Assembly (NCBI RefSeq): GCF_963921235.1
Contig: NC_086118.1
Coordinates: 28,956,001 to 29,020,000, forward strand
DNA: 64,000 bases
Origin: Mobula hypostoma
Lineage: Eukaryota
Direction: 5' to 3'
Positions 1 to 13,570 of the stretch are shown here, piece after piece. The notes under the pieces were generated by a model, which ran no database searches, was not told the DNA's origin, and saw only the letters and a program-made list of their open reading frames with translations. Numbering within the stretch: the first letter of the stretch is position 1; the number at the start of each line of letters is the position of its first letter. A program made the position numbers and the translations under genes.

Positions 1-649
1 TAACACGTTAGTGCCAGCTTCCTATGGAAAAGGAGACCTCCGCATGCATTAGATTTCTGCCAAAACAAAATACAGGCTTCTTTTATCTGCAAACACAATT
101 GTATAGGGAACTGGAGGTGGACACAGAACAACCTTCACACAGCTTGCCTTGGCAAGTGTCCCTTAGTAAGTCTGTTCTTCCAATGTTGCCATTTAAAAAT
201 ATATATTTTTCAGAAAATTATTGATATCAGTAATGGAGGTGAAGTGAATGTAAGGGGAGAAAAATTTCTGGCTAGTAAGGAATCTTTGTAAAATTGTTTC
301 ACATGCCATGCAGGGAAAGAAAGACAAATATTTGCATTATTAAACAGATGAAACATTATATTATTCTGTTCATTCCACAACCTCAGAATTTTTCTGATTT
401 ATGGAACTTCGTAACATTATATTTCAATATCAGTTACACCGGCTGGCCTTAAACTGCACACAAAACATCACCACTTGCAAATATACAATGCTAGGATTCA
501 CTTATTCCTCAAATCAACAATAAAATAGAACCTTTTTTCCTAGCAATAGTCTAATAACAAGGAATGTCAATATTAAGATTATATTAAAATGAAATTTTGT
601 TCCAGCCTGCTGAACTTAGACTAATATGCCATTAAAGAATTCTGAACTT

Positions 650-1205
650 AGAACATAGAACATAGAAATCTACAGCACATTACAGGCCTTTCAGCCCACA
701 GTGTTGTGATACTCTAGAAACTGCCTAAAATTACCCTACCACATCGCCCTCTGTTTTTCTAAGCTCCATGTACTTATCTAAGAGTCTCTTAAAAGACCCT
801 AAACACAAAATAAATTGCAGATGCTGGGATTAAAGCAACACTCATAGCACGCTGGAGGAACGATGAGTCGACGTTTCCACTGATGCTGCCCGACCTGCTG
901 AGTTTCTCCAGCATGCTGTGAGTGTTTCTTAAAAGACCCTATTGTATCCACCTCCACCACCATTGCTGGCAGTGCATTCCATGCACCCACCACTCTCTGT
1001 GTGAAAAATTTACCCCCTGGCATCCCCTCTCTACCTACTTCCAAGCACCTTAAACTATGCCCCCTCATGTTAGCCATTTCAGACCTGGAAGAAGCCTCTC
1101 ATCGTCTTTTACATCGCTATCAAATTCACTCAACCTATTCTCATAAGGCACACTCTCCAATCCAGACAACATCTTTGTAAACCTCCCCTGCACTCTTTCA
1201 TGTCT
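650..1205 (-). mobile_element. CR1 LINE 3' fragment (interrupted by a Penelope-derived insert at 802-926)
   Basis: The minus strand encodes CR1 C-terminal motifs (ERVQGRFTKML, RGHSL, FFTQRVVGAWNALP). An (AGAACAT)n tail sits at the left end. TSD ttctgaactt at 640-649 and 1206-1215. Confidence 0.9.
802..926. mobile_element. Short fold-back Penelope pLTR-derived element
   Basis: 15-bp TSD tcttaaaagacccta at 787-801 and 927-941. Inverted arms acactcatagcacgctggaggaac / gtttctccagcatgctgtgagtgt. It shares gatgctgcc..acctgctgagtt with the pLTR at 33950-34050. Confidence 0.85.
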
Positions 1206-1329
1206 TTCTGAACTTGCATGTTTTTCTGTTTCAAAAATGCAGAAGTTCAAGACATATTGCAGGTAGTATGTTGAAATGGAACCCTGATTTTCCACATGTT
1301 AGCATGGCAGTAACTGGACTTTGACTAAT

Positions 1330-1450
1330 TGAAAACAAAACTACAGATCCTGGAAATCTGAAATAAAATCGGAAACACTCGGGAAACTCAATGTCAGGTA
1401 GCATCTGTGGAGAGTGAAAACACAGAGTTAACTCAGTGAATGATCCTTCT
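1330..1450 (-). mobile_element. Old Penelope pLTR-derived fragment
   Basis: cagatcctggaaatctgaaataaaa...caggtagcatctgtggagag is the reverse of the pLTR tail motif. Confidence 0.6.
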
Positions 1451-1515
1451 GTTTCTGCACTGAAATTAAAAATTTAAATTCTTATTTAAGTGACTGTCAT
1501 CGATTTCAGTGTTAT

Positions 1516-1537
1516 AATCTAATCTAATCTAATCTAA
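1516..1537 (+). repeat. (AATCT)n microsatellite
   Basis: aatctaatctaatctaatctaa. Confidence 0.9.
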
Positions 1538-3019
1538 TATTGCCTGATGAAATGAAAGGCACTATGGGAAAATGAGCCGGTCACGGTTATGGTGAAGATA
1601 GTCACTGCAACTGACACAAAGTAGAACTCATAGATAAATATATAGGATGTAGGAGATATATATACAGTATATTAGCTATTTGACCAACCATCAAAAAAAT
1701 TGAAAATAACTATTATTGATGTATATTTGCCAACCCAGAAATGGTCTTGCCATGGATCACTTTTTAAAATGCAGGGAGTGCAGCCAAAAATAGAAAGCAT
1801 TTTGTACACCACAAATCTCACGAACAACAATAAGGTGAATGACAGTATATATTTGGCTGTGGTTTTCAAAGGGAGCACCCATTAAAGGACTCTGTTCTTC
1901 AATTGTTCTACTTCATGACTGTAATTAATAGTATAGCATTAAGCATAATTCATGAGGCTTCAACCTGGGTGAATTCACAATACTGTACCTTTCTTCTGAA
2001 TCAACTCAGTAAATTTTAAATTGTAAATTATTTTTGCTCTGCATGCAATGCTGCCAAAACAGGAACAAAATTAAGTTTCAAATTGTGAAATATTTTTAAA
2101 CCATTTGAACACTAATTCAGGATCAGTTCTGTTGTTTTTTATACTTATTTATTCTAGAAAAAAAGTACTCGGTTTTGTTATTTGATTAAATTTGATCAAA
2201 AGCAAGGAGGAATATCAAAAGGTTTTTTCATCTGTGTTGCATAATCTCTTTTAATGAGAATAAAAGCAGAACCTGTTTGGATTAATTGAACTTTATAAGA
2301 AACTGAAATGTTTCTTTCAAACACTAAACCTAACACATTTAGTTATAGCAATTGAATGATACTCCAGCTTTCATAATTTCATAGCTTTTTTTTTATTCTA
2401 TTGTGTAACAGAAAGAGGACATTTGGTCAATCGTACATGTTGGCTCTCAGAATATAACATTTTAGCCTCATGAAGCAGATCAACAGGGAGCAACAAATTG
2501 GGCGTTTTCAATGGATCCCTGCTCTCAACTTCAATATGCTTTAACTAATGGCTGGCTTTAAAAAATACAGGACTGTGAAATAATCATCCAGTCTTTGGAG
2601 ACTGTTTTTATCCACTGTTTGTTTTCTTTGTGTACATGGAATGTGTTGAAGAATTAGTTCCATGCATAAGGAAGTTAAAAAAAAGGAAAAAAGGTGTTAC
2701 CTGGCAAATCATCAGATAGCAAAAGGTATTGTCGAGTTTGCTAAAGATCAGCACACACAAAGTGCAACATAAATGTCCTCAATTGTGTCAGAATATAACT
2801 GTTTGTAGTGTTAGTCAGTTGTGTCACACAGCGTGCTAGGTGAAGCTCTTCTAGGACCTTAATTGTACGCTTTCAGAGTTTGGAGTGTGGATTCACATAT
2901 TAAGCAATGAAATATCTCTTAAAGATACCTGCGAGGCATTGCGAAGGCCAAGGGTAAATGAACATTCCACATTCAGACACATACATTTAGGCCATACTCC
3001 AAAAATGCAGAAATGAGCA

Positions 3020-3320
3020 TGTAGCTGGGAGGGTGCCATACTACCAGAGGTACAATTTTTCATACAAATAAACTAAATTGAGTCACGCACTGTTCTCTCA
3101 GCTGGACATTGAAGATTTTGCACTGATATTTTCACAAAGAGCTCAAGTACTATTCCTATTGCCCTGTCCAATATCAGCCCTTACTCAACCTGACTAAGAA
3201 CAGAACATTTAGTCAAGGTTACGTTGTTTTTAGCAAATCGGTTGGCAAATTAGTTGCTCCTTTATTCCCACAAAAGTATTTTATTGTCTGGAATGATCTT
3301 TGCAGAATCCTAAAAACAAA
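3020..3320 (+). mobile_element. Old Deu-SINE (SacSINE1-like)
   Basis: Degenerate Deu-domain motifs: gggagggtgcc..., ctgttctctcagctggaca, ctgtccaatat, ctcaacc, gcaaattagttgc. Confidence 0.6.
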
Positions 3321-3874
3321 ACTTCCTAGTTTTCTATATCATGATGTAAAATTAGCTTGGCAACTTGGGTTCAGATAATTTTTTCCCATTTATCTTTGAT
3401 TTCAAAGTTACAATAACAACACTAGCCAATAGAGTTGCTCTACCCTGAACTGTCGACCCTTTCTTTTTCAAGTTCCTACATTAGTACATTCTTTATCTGT
3501 GGAGTTAAGAGTTCATGTACTGTGTGGGCCCACATGGTCTTTTTTGCCATCAATTGTTTATACCATTTTTTGGACTTTGCTAACCGTTTTTGTCATCTAA
3601 TAACATCGGATATTCCAGTTTCACTTAGTTTTGTGCAGGGACACATCTGGAAAAACAAATCACAGCTTGGAGCACAGAATGGCTGCCTGATTAGAGACAG
3701 CCATCATAGACTCAGTGCATCTGCTGTGTTTGGTGTTATAGATGTAAGTCCCTTTGTTTAAGAAGTCAGCAATGGAAAATTTACCTTTCAGGTGGCCAAT
3801 GCCAATATGACTATGGATATAGAAAGGGGCAATTCATCAGCAAGAAATAAAGTGCCTAAAAAATGATTATTCAG

Positions 3875-4312
3875 AGGCAACAAACAATCAACTTCAGGAA
3901 CTCAAAGGGCTAAGCAGCATTTGTAGTGGGAAATGAATTAATAATGTTCTTGTCATTGAGGATTGGACAGGGACAGGACAGTGTTTCAACCTAGAATGTT
4001 GAGAATTCCTTGCCCGCCAAACATGCTGAACAACACACTATGTTCCTCCTGCGTCACAGTAAGCATAATGCTATTACATTTCCAGTGACCTGAGTTCAAT
4101 TACACTACTGTCTGTAAGGAGTTTTTATGTTCTCCCCATGACTGCATGGGCTTCCTCTCGCTCCTCTGGTTTCCTGCCACAATCCAAAGAGAGACCGTTT
4201 GGTAGGTTAATTGATCAAATCTGTGTAATTGTGCAGTGTTTCGGCTGGAATATCCTGTGAGTGTCTTTATCTTAAATAAATAAACTCCTGCATCTGGTAT
4301 CTCCTGCGTCTC
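3875..4312. mobile_element. Old fold-back Penelope-derived element with a nested V-SINE (about 4050-4285)
   Basis: Left arm ggaactc..gcagcat. The right arm is split by an HE1-like SINE and resumes at tcctgcatctggtatctcctgcgtctcc. Confidence 0.55.
4050..4285 (+). mobile_element. V-SINE (HE1-like)
   Basis: tRNA-like head (gagttcaat), V-domain gtctgtaaggagttt..gttctccccatgactgcatggg..ggtttcctgccacaatccaaaga, and an (AAAT)n tail. Confidence 0.8.
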
Positions 4313-4425
4313 CATGGTATCACAGGAGGCCCCTGTGCAGTCACTTTTGCAAGGTCACGTGTTACCTGTTGTTTCACTAGTTCTCAGCGCAGCTCAGTGC
4401 CGGAGAGTTGTTCCTTTGGAACTCA

Positions 4426-4780
4426 GGCGGCACAGTGCCGAAACTAGTCGAGCTGCTGCAACTCAATGCCAGACACCCGACTGCGATCCTGAACTCACGT
4501 ACTCTCCGTGTGGAGTTTGCTTGTTCTCTCTGTTACTCTGTTCCTTCAGGTACTTCGGGTTCCTCCCATATACTAAAAACTTGCAGGTCATAGTTTAAGA
4601 GGGTTCTGGAAATTCTTCTGAACTTGTAGGTGAATAATAGAATCTGGGAGGTTATTGATGAGAATGTGAGGAGAATGAGAAAATTGGGACAGATGTTAGA
4701 TTAGTGTAAATGGGTTGTCCAAATTGATTTAGTAGACCACAGGGTCTGTGACTGTGCTCTCTGACTCTTTAACTTTATGA
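4426..4780 (+). mobile_element. V-SINE (HE1-like)
   Basis: ggcggcacagtg head; gtgtggagtttgc..gttctctc..cgggttcctccca V-domain; ctctgactct..tatga tail. Confidence 0.75.
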
Positions 4781-4964
4781 TTTTATGAAGAGTCTCCTGC
4801 TGAAGATCATGCTATCAGGAGCCCCCTGCTCTCTAAGTATGGAGCAATGGGTGACTGTATCTTCTTTGACTCCACTGAGAAGACTGTTAATAGCAAGCTC
4901 CGAACATGGAGGTATTACATGAAAGGAATGGCTCTCTAACATCAACCATTGGTTATACCACCCA

Positions 4965-5105
4965 GTCAGGCAGTCACATGCAGGCCCCTCCCAATCTCCA
5001 CCCAGCTAACAGGAGTCACCTGCCACTTGCGTCCAACTTCATCACCTGCAACCTATTTAAACCTAGTTCTCAACTACAATCCTTATTCACTGGTTGAGCT
5101 AGCCA
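4965..5105 (+). mobile_element. Gypsy LTR fragment (homologous to 42077-42210)
   Basis: cacctgccacttgcgtccaacttcatcacctgcaacctatttaaacc..caatccttattcac aligns by eye with the LTR at 42.1 kb. Confidence 0.75.
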
Positions 5106-6109
5106 TATTTAACTGTTACTTAACCATAACAGTTAAAAACTCTGATGCAGAGGTATCCCATTGTTAACTGTGCTTCCACACCAACACCGTCCCCTAGGCA
5201 ACTATTACTTTTAGGAGAGGCTATGACCATTAGAAAACTGTCCACATTAGCAAAAATCTACATTTTGCTTTCCATTGCAAGTGGACTACAGCTGCAACTG
5301 CACATAAGCTCCTGTGAATTTTAAGAGACATATATCTTTAAATTTCTGATAAGCTTAAGCTAAAAAAAACTAAATCATATTATTCCTGGGGCTGAGCACC
5401 AAGTCTAGTAATCATGACTGCAGTATCTCGGTGGCATCAATAGCACCTATTTTAAGAAGCAGCTTGTCACATCTTAAAACAAAATGTCAGCTTGACATCA
5501 CAGAATTGCAAGATGGATTGGCGAGAAGCTGCAGACTGATTCCACATGAGATTTTTTTACATAGCATCATTAAATTCACAGAAAAATTTAAATGTGTTCT
5601 GGCATGCGATATGTTTTGCAATTGGATTTTGCTTTTACTTACTTTCTTTCTCTGGAGAAATACAATTGAAACCTAATTGCGGTTCCAAAACTGATGGAAT
5701 TGCCCTAACGTAAAAATGTTATGTAAATTTTTGTTTTGTAAAAATGCTGCATCTCGTCGCATTCATCTCCTGTTACATTCCAATTTATCTCTTGAATATT
5801 TTGCCGATTTGTGTTGGCCTTAAAAGCTGCAAAAAGGCTATTTTAAATATTTTTATAAATAAGCAGATTTTCTTATATATGAAGTTAAAGAATTTGAATA
5901 CACATTGATAAAATGAGATCTAATAACATGCAAATTTTCATTTTCATAATTACTAATCACACAGACTGCTCATTTATTAATGAAGGAAGCAGTTTCTTGG
6001 GGGTTTAACGTGATGTATAAATGCAGGTTTTTGATGCTATCTTAGGATGAGTTCTAAATCCATGGAAGGCAAAATCATTGTGCTTAGTGAGTCAGAAGCA
6101 TAAAAATAT

Positions 6110-6410
6110 AAAGATTAGCTTTATTTGTCACTTGCACATTGATACACCAAAACACAGTGAAATGCATTGTTTGCATTAACAACCAATACAGTGTAAGGAT
6201 GTGCCAGGGCAAGTGTCACCATGCTTCTGGCGCCAACATAGCATGCCTGCACATTACTAACCCTCACAGATACTTTAGAATGTGGGAGGAAGGCAAGGCA
6301 CCTGGAGGAAATCCATGCACTCACTGTAAGAATGTACAAGCTCATAACAGACTGTGGTGAGAATTGAATCTCCATCATCAATCACCAACACTGTAAAGTA
6401 TTACGCTCAT
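6110..6410 (-). mobile_element. V-SINE with LINE-like 3' tail
   Basis: Reverse V-domain (tgtgggaggaagg..cacctggaggaaatcca) and an attagctttatttgtcac tail. Confidence 0.8.
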
Positions 6411-6719
6411 TTTCTGCCTTTTACTCCCAAAAAAATTGAAATAAACATTTGAGTTTTTTGGTGTTTTCCTAGTCGTATACTATTGCAGCTATTCCAGGGT
6501 GATTAAATCAGAAAGAATTTTTGTTTATTACTTAATGGTTACAGAAATAATTTTAAGGAAGTCAATTAGTAATGGTGTCAAAGGTAGTGATGCATCAAAT
6601 GTCCTCGTCAAGCTTGCATTCTTCTCCAATCACTACCAACATCTCAATGAATTTGAGAACAAAGGTATCTGAAGCTTCTGCCATCTGAGATCTGTATTAT
6701 TTAAGTGCATGCATGGTCC

Positions 6720-7045
6720 TTAAAACAGCAAAGTGGATTCTTTGGTCCATTGGATCAATGCCAGCTCCTAAGGGAGCAATCCCACGTCCTATAATTCTCT
6801 GTTCATTTCCTTTGCCTCCGCAATGTATTCTGTCTCACACATTCCCCTTTAATCCCTTGATTATTTTTGCCATTAATCCACACTAAGTGGAAATTTACAA
6901 TAGTTAATTAACCCACCAGAACAATTTTGAGAATGTGAGAATATCCAGAGCACTGAGAGGAAACCACATGGTCAGGCAGACTCCACACAGACAGCGCCCA
7001 GGTCACTTGAGCTGTGAGAAGCAGCCCTAACTGCTGCACTACCAA
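6720..7045 (-). mobile_element. V-SINE (HE1-like)
   Basis: ccagagcactgagaggaaaccacatggtca..actccacacagacagc..gctgtgagaagcagc..ctgctgcac. Confidence 0.75.
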
Positions 7046-7577
7046 GCCAATTTTGTAGGGCAGCAGGGAGTGCAGACAAATCACCGCAAAATCCAGGCCA
7101 TCTACATTAGTTAGGGATTTAGTAACAGTCATGTCTGGGTGCATACAATAATCTGACAGACACATAGTCATTTTTATTGATTACACCTTCTTATTGCCAC
7201 ATTTTTTAAAGTTAACTGATATATCAAACTGGTTTGGTGGAATTATATTCTCTTGTTTATTAATCCAGTAGCAGAAATAAGACACAATTATCCTCTGGAA
7301 AGGAAGTATAATAAATATTGTTTTAAGTCAGTATCACCTTTAAACCTTGTGCAATTGAAAAAGTAAACCTGGAAACTTTTACATGCCTTTGAGAGCCCCT
7401 GGGATCTCATTAAAAGAAATTTGTTTACATATACATTTTTAGAGCATGGAATACTTTGCCACAAAGAATGTTGAAGGGGACAGGATTGGACACTCTGAGG
7501 AAAATGAATCAATGTTAACGACAAATTAAGATACATGGCTATAGGAAAACAAGAAAGCAGTGGGAATAGTCCAATGC

Positions 7578-8152
7578 CAGAATCAGAGTCAGATTTAAGA
7601 TCACCAGCGTATGCCCTGAAATTGGTTAACTTATCGGCAGCAGTACAATGCAATACATGATAAATATAGAGAAAATAAATAAATAATCACACTGTAATTT
7701 GTATATACACATGTATATTAAATAGTTAAATTAAAAACAGTAATGCAAAAGCAGAATTAATTTAAAAAAGATGAGGTAGTGTTCATGGGTTCAATGTCCA
7801 TTTAGAACTCGGATGGCAGAGAGAAGAAGCTGTTCTTGAATTACTCAGTGTGTGCCTTCAGGCTTCTGTACCTTCTTCCTGGGGGTAACAATGAAAAGAG
7901 GGCATGTCCTGGGTGATGGGGGTCTTCAATAATGGATGCCGCCTTTCTGAGGCACTATTCCTTGAAAATGTCTTGCATACTGTAAAGGCTAGTTCCCATG
8001 ATGGAGCTGACTAATTTTACAACTTTCTGTAACATCTTTCAATCCTCTGCAGTAGCGACTCCCCCTCACCAAACCAGACAGTGATGCAGCCAGTCAGAAT
8101 GCTCTCCATGGTACATCTGTAGAAGTTTTCAAATGTTTTAGGTGACAAACCA
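7578..8152 (-). mobile_element. Rex1/Babar LINE 3' fragment
   Basis: (AGAATC)n tail; gaagctgttcttgaa..ggcttctgtacctt..gggcatgtcctgggtgatggggg is the reverse of the Rex C-terminus (PHHPGH..LPSG..NSFFP). Confidence 0.85.
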
Positions 8153-9159
8153 ATGTTTTTCTAGAACAGAGCCCATACAGATAAATAGGACTTCTCTACA
8201 GTCTACATCATAAAAAGCAAAAATCATCCAAATTACTCCCCAGAGATTTTTTTAATTTAGTGTTTCACCCTGATGGCTTATTCAACTATCTTAAGACATT
8301 CTGTTTCCTTGTCCCAATTGATGAAAAATTAATGAGATGACAGATTATTTAATGTAATAAGATATCTTTTAAAAATATGGGCTTTAAAGGAATCAGCAAC
8401 CAATGGTTTAAAGCATTCAATGAAATAATTTTTCATTTGCCTGGTTGCAATGAAATAAATTACTTTATTATTTTAAGGGCTTTTGGGTTTTACTCTGATG
8501 GATGATTATTCTTAAAAGTGTCCTTGAGTTTCATTAGTGCAGTACTTATTGTGTTACCGTCTACTGTCTGAAATGAGTGATTTGGTAAGTCATTGGTTTG
8601 AGGTTGTTCTGTGCATGAAGATAAAAGCTTTAAGTTGTACTGGTGTAGATTGCTGCAGGATGTGTTGAGATTGAAGCCCATCTGTTGGGTTGGAAATGGC
8701 ATCATAACAGCGACTTAATTGACAGGTGAAACGTCAGTGCATATGCAAATAATAGGAAATTTGAGATGAAAACAAAGGAATAAGACTGCCGATCCTTGGA
8801 TGATGTGACAAGATGTTACCTCTTTTCATATCAGTGCTGGTGTCTAAGGAAAAATTTCCACATCCTAGCCTTTGAAGAGGATGTGTATGAGAAAAGCTCC
8901 ATCACTTGTCTTTAGGCTATGGTTTAGGCAGAAAAATGTGTGTGTCTTCTCCATTTTAGAGCATAGATTAGTAACTGGTATCGACTACAAACCATAGATT
9001 TTTATCAATAACATAGCCATAATTCTTCCTACCCAGTATCCAATAAATACTCCACTCCATTCTCCAAAATTCTGTCTGTAAGAAGTCCATTCTGCTGCTG
9101 TCATCCCACACACTTATGTTTCCAATGTGTTTTCCTTTTATCTCATTGAGTCAGAGAAC

Positions 9160-9630
9160 TCTGAAACAAGTTCCTTGGCCCAGCCCATTCATGCCAACTG
9201 TAAAATACCCGTCTATACTAATCCCCTGTACTGGCATTTAGTCCATAGCCTTCTTTGCATTAATAATTCAAAAGCTGATCTAGATAAATCTGAAATGTTG
9301 TGAGAATACCTGTCTCCAACAGCCCTTGAGGTGATGAGTTCCAGATTCCAGCCATCCCCTGAGACAAATCTTCCTGGCATCCCTTCTCAACCTCTTCCTC
9401 CTCCTTACCCTAAAACTATTTGCTCTAGTTTGGGATGCTTTTTCTCTGGTAAAGGTTTCCTACTATTAACCCTATCTATGCCTCTCATAATGTTATATAC
9501 CTCGCTCAAGTCACTCCTCATCCTCCTCTACAAACACAATCCATCCAAATTCTCCTCTTAACAAAAATGCTTCATCCCAGGCAACATCATGGTGAATCTT
9601 GTCTGTATCCACTCCAGTGCAATCATGTCC
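9160..9630 (-). mobile_element. Old CR1 3' fragment
   Basis: ctatctatgcctctcataatgttatatacctc and atcccaggcaacatcatggtgaatct are reverse CR1 C-terminal motifs. Confidence 0.75.
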
Positions 9631-9639
9631 CTCTTCAAT

Positions 9640-9930
9640 CTCACTTCTGCGTATCATATCATGTAACTTCACCTTTGTTTCCTCTAGTACCCTCTCTTTC
9701 TCTGTCCCTTAAAAATTAATTTAACTCTGACGTTCCCTAATTGCAATGATAGATCCTCTCTAATACTTACCCCCTATCATAAAACTATGCCCTCTAGTTT
9801 TAGATGCCTCCTTTGTGGGAAAGATGTTATTGACCTAGAAGGTTATACTTCTACCTCCACAGATGCTGATGGTCTTATTGGTTATTTGCAGTTCCCATTT
9901 GAGATTTCCAGCATTTGCAGTATTTTGCTT
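9640..9930 (+). mobile_element. Old Penelope pLTR-derived fragment
   Basis: ctccacagatgctg...agatttccagcatttgcagtattttgc tail motif. Confidence 0.55.
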
Positions 9931-11799
9931 TAGGGTTTTTTTTTATTTTAGTGTCATTCCATAGCATGGTGAAGGTAAAATATATTTTTCCCATAGCAGA
10001 TTATTGAAAGATTATTGACCAATTCCATGGTCAAAAATAGTGAAATTTAACTCTACAAAACTAGTCATTAATGTAGAACAGGGACAGAAAATAAGCAAAG
10101 GCTGTTAAAGTAATAAAACACCCTAATTACCAAGATTTTTAAGACAAATCCAGGTAGCCGGGAGAAACTGTTAATATCTGGGCCATCTACTGTTGTCAAA
10201 TTATATGGAGAATGTCAATCATTCAATCTCAAAGTTAGTAGCTGCACATTTCCAAAATAAAGAGAGAAACACAACTGTGTGAGAATCTGCCTTGCAACTT
10301 AAAAGTGGGAGAAAAAGGGCGGTCAACATATCTGATGCCTATTGGTTACTCTCTTTTTCTATTGTCCTGCACTGTGTATAACTCATGGTATATTTCAAAA
10401 ACAAGCTAGGTCTACATTATAATTGTTTCCTGACATTTTAGCTGCCTGGAATGCCAAATGCTGGATGAATGAAAGGCTGAAATGTAGGAGGATTTCAGCT
10501 GCAAGATCCTATTGAAAGGAAAGAACAGAGAGAACTGGAGGCGAGAATAGAGGCAAGACTATGCCTTGATGAAGATATCATTGACATTAGTCCCTAGGAA
10601 GGGGAGGCAGCAAGCTGCGATGAAGTGCTAGAGACAGCTGGTGTAGAAATGCATAGAATTATTTCGTTATAATTGTGGCTCATCCAATTTTTTTGAAAGC
10701 TTTTTGATACTGGTTCAGTAAAGTTAGCAAGAAGAGAGCTGTACTTTCAGAAATCTGTACATGGTTACATTGTGTATTCTATGTGTGGGAAGGGGCATAC
10801 TCAGCTCAAACCGGTGACATTGATTTAACTTTGAACTAATAACTGAAATCTATGATAGAAAAGACTGCTGTGTCAATGAATAGGTTTGTGAATTATTTAT
10901 CAATTTCCATAAATTTGTTGCAGTATCATTGGATATGAAAGGGAAGATCTGATGGTGCATATTTGAAATAGAAGCTAATACCATTAAAAGATTTGCCAAA
11001 TAAGAAAGTAATATTACATTGCCAATCTGGACATGAGGATTTACATGGTATTTCATTCTAATCCAAAAAAAACTTGGCTTGTAGAAGCCTGATGACTTTT
11101 AACTTTCTATTCAGTTGTATTAATAAGTGCTGAGAGGCATGCAGAATATTTACATTGTTGGCTTTCAAAGCACCAGTTTGATAAAAATGAAAATGCTTCA
11201 TTAAATAGGGTTGCACATGTATCAGAAGGAATAGTTGTTGTGCAAAGAAGAATAGAATGCATGTTAGTCTCACAAAATAATTAAACACTGTGCATTGAAA
11301 ATTCTGTTCTAGTAAACCAATTCCATGGCATTGATTTTAATCAATGCGTGCTTGCAGTTCTTCGTGATATAGAGAATGGAAATACATCCAGTCCAAGTTA
11401 CTAGGTCAATAAAACCAAATACCTCACCTCACCATTGACTTCAGAACAGGCTGCAATTGAACCATTTCATTGCCAGCAATCTTTAAATGATGGTAAACAA
11501 TTCTTAACCTTTACTGAAATTAAACTTTTGGTGACAAATTCGAAGAAAATATATTTGGTGTTGTATCGTACATTATTTGTCTGATCATTGCTTGTAAAGC
11601 AAAAGACATATACAGACATCAGTTAGAAACATTTTCAATATTACTTACTATATGCACATCTGTCTGTCTGTAGTCAGTAATACCAGTCCTTAAAGGACTT
11701 GTCAAAAGTTTCAAAAGACCTGGGGGGGGGGGCGGGTGCGTAAAAAAAGTTTCAATAAAATGCAAAGTGTAGATGTGAACATATTGCTGATAAATTCAC

Positions 11800-12240
11800 T
11801 TACGGCTCCGCCGTTAAATAAGATCATGGCTAATCTGGCCATGGACTCTGTTCCACATATAATCCCTCCCCCCCCCTTGATTTTCCTGCTACACAACAAT
11901 CTATCTAACTGTGTCTTAAATATATGTAATGAGGCAGCCTCTACTGCTTTCCTGGGCAGAGAGTGTTACTGATTCACGACGCTCTGAGAAAAATATTTTC
12001 TCCTCATCTCCATGCCAAATCTATTCCCCTGAATCTTGAGGCTGCGTCCCCTAGTTGTAGTCTCACTTACAAGTGAATCATAACTTTATATGTTTCAATA
12101 AGACCCCCTCCCATTATCTTGAACTCCACTGAGTATACCGTACCTGTAGTTCCAGGTGACTCAATCTCTCCACATCGGCTAACTCCCTCATGTCCAGAAT
12201 CAACCGAGTGAACCTTCTCCACACCATCTTCAAAGCCAGT
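11800..12240 (-). mobile_element. CR1 3' fragment
   Basis: The minus strand reads GGLIETYK; gatcatggctaatctggcc and gtgaaccttctc motifs are present. Confidence 0.8.
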
Positions 12241-12615
12241 ATAATCAGAATCAGTATCAGGTTTAATATCATCAGCATATATCATAAAGTTTGTTAACCT
12301 TGCAGCAGCAGTACAGTGACAAATATAGAAAGAAAAGCTGAATTACAGTAAATATATACAGTATATATATATTAAATAACTAAATTAAAATAAATAATGC
12401 CAAAACAGAAATTTTAAAAAATAGTGAGGTAGTGTTCATGGGTTCAATGTCCATTTAGAAATCAGATGGTAGATGGGAAGAAGCTGTTCCTGAAGAGCTG
12501 AGTGTGTGCCTTCAGGCTTTTGTACCTCCTTCTGATGACAACAATGAGAAGAGGGCATGTCCTAGGTTGTGAGGGTCCTTAGTGATGGACGTAACCTTCC
12601 TGAGGCACCCATGGC
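12241..12615 (-). mobile_element. Rex1/Babar 3' fragment
   Basis: (AGAATC)-type tail, and it closely resembles 7578-7950. Confidence 0.85.
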
Positions 12616-13519
12616 ATCTATCTTGAGGACAGCAAGATCCTACAAACAGCAATGAGACAGTGACTAATTTTAGTGATGTTCCTGAGTGGTGAACATTGGC
12701 AAGCTACCAAAATGGAACACCTCTGTTCTTCTCTTGATATCATTTCATGCAATTTCTCTTCATCCCACTTGGAGGACAAATTGACAAAAAGCATCTCATG
12801 TGAGAACAATAGTAATCTAAAATTTAATTAAAGGGACCTGGTGCATGCCATTATCATGCTTCAGAATTCAAAGACAAAGTCATTCTTAAAATACTTGTTT
12901 CAATATGCATGGTCTCAAGTCAATTCCTCTGTTATTATTTACCTGCTATTTGCTTTCAAACAAAAGAGTGCAATCCAAGTGCATTCAGCATGCAAATACA
13001 TTCAGAAGGGGTTGATTATCTAGAATATCAAATTAAATTCCAGAAATGCAGGGACGCGGAATCCATGAATGCACAGACAAGCACAAATGCTAAATCAGTT
13101 TTTTTTTCAGCAGAAAAAAAAAGAAATATGGAATATCAATGCCTGCATCTTGTTTTTTTTGTGCATCAGCTGTATTATTGCTTATTCGCTCTGATTTGGG
13201 AAACTGAGATTGGAAGTAAACATTATAAGGTGTCTGATAAAAATGATAAAAGAAAATGTCTCTGTCTCCCCAAACAGGTTTGTAAAAGACTTCAATGGTA
13301 AAATTTCTCATTGTGAAACCTCTATTAGCAATATTGCGAAAATCTCACCTCACAGGCATTTAAATAGAGTAAGAATCATGTGACGGCAGAAAAAAAAAGC
13401 AGTCAGCATTCCCACAACCTGGTTTGAATACAATATTCCTCAAGCACCTCAGATATCTCCACAGCTCTCCCAGTTTATTTGTGATTATGGCACTTACAGT
13501 GGGACAGGTCACAGTTTTT

Positions 13520-13533
13520 ACACACACACACAC

Positions 13534-13568
<35 letters not shown>
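13520..13568 (+). repeat. (CA)n microsatellite
   Basis: Seen directly; one CG interruption. Confidence 0.95.

Positions 13569-13570
<2 letters not shown>

Noticed and set aside
10485..10670. Protein-like frame (ERKEQRELEARIEARLCLDEDIIDISP*EGEAASCDEV)
   Set aside because: It has an in-frame stop, no clear splice sites and no recognised homology; it is probably a purine-rich chance frame.
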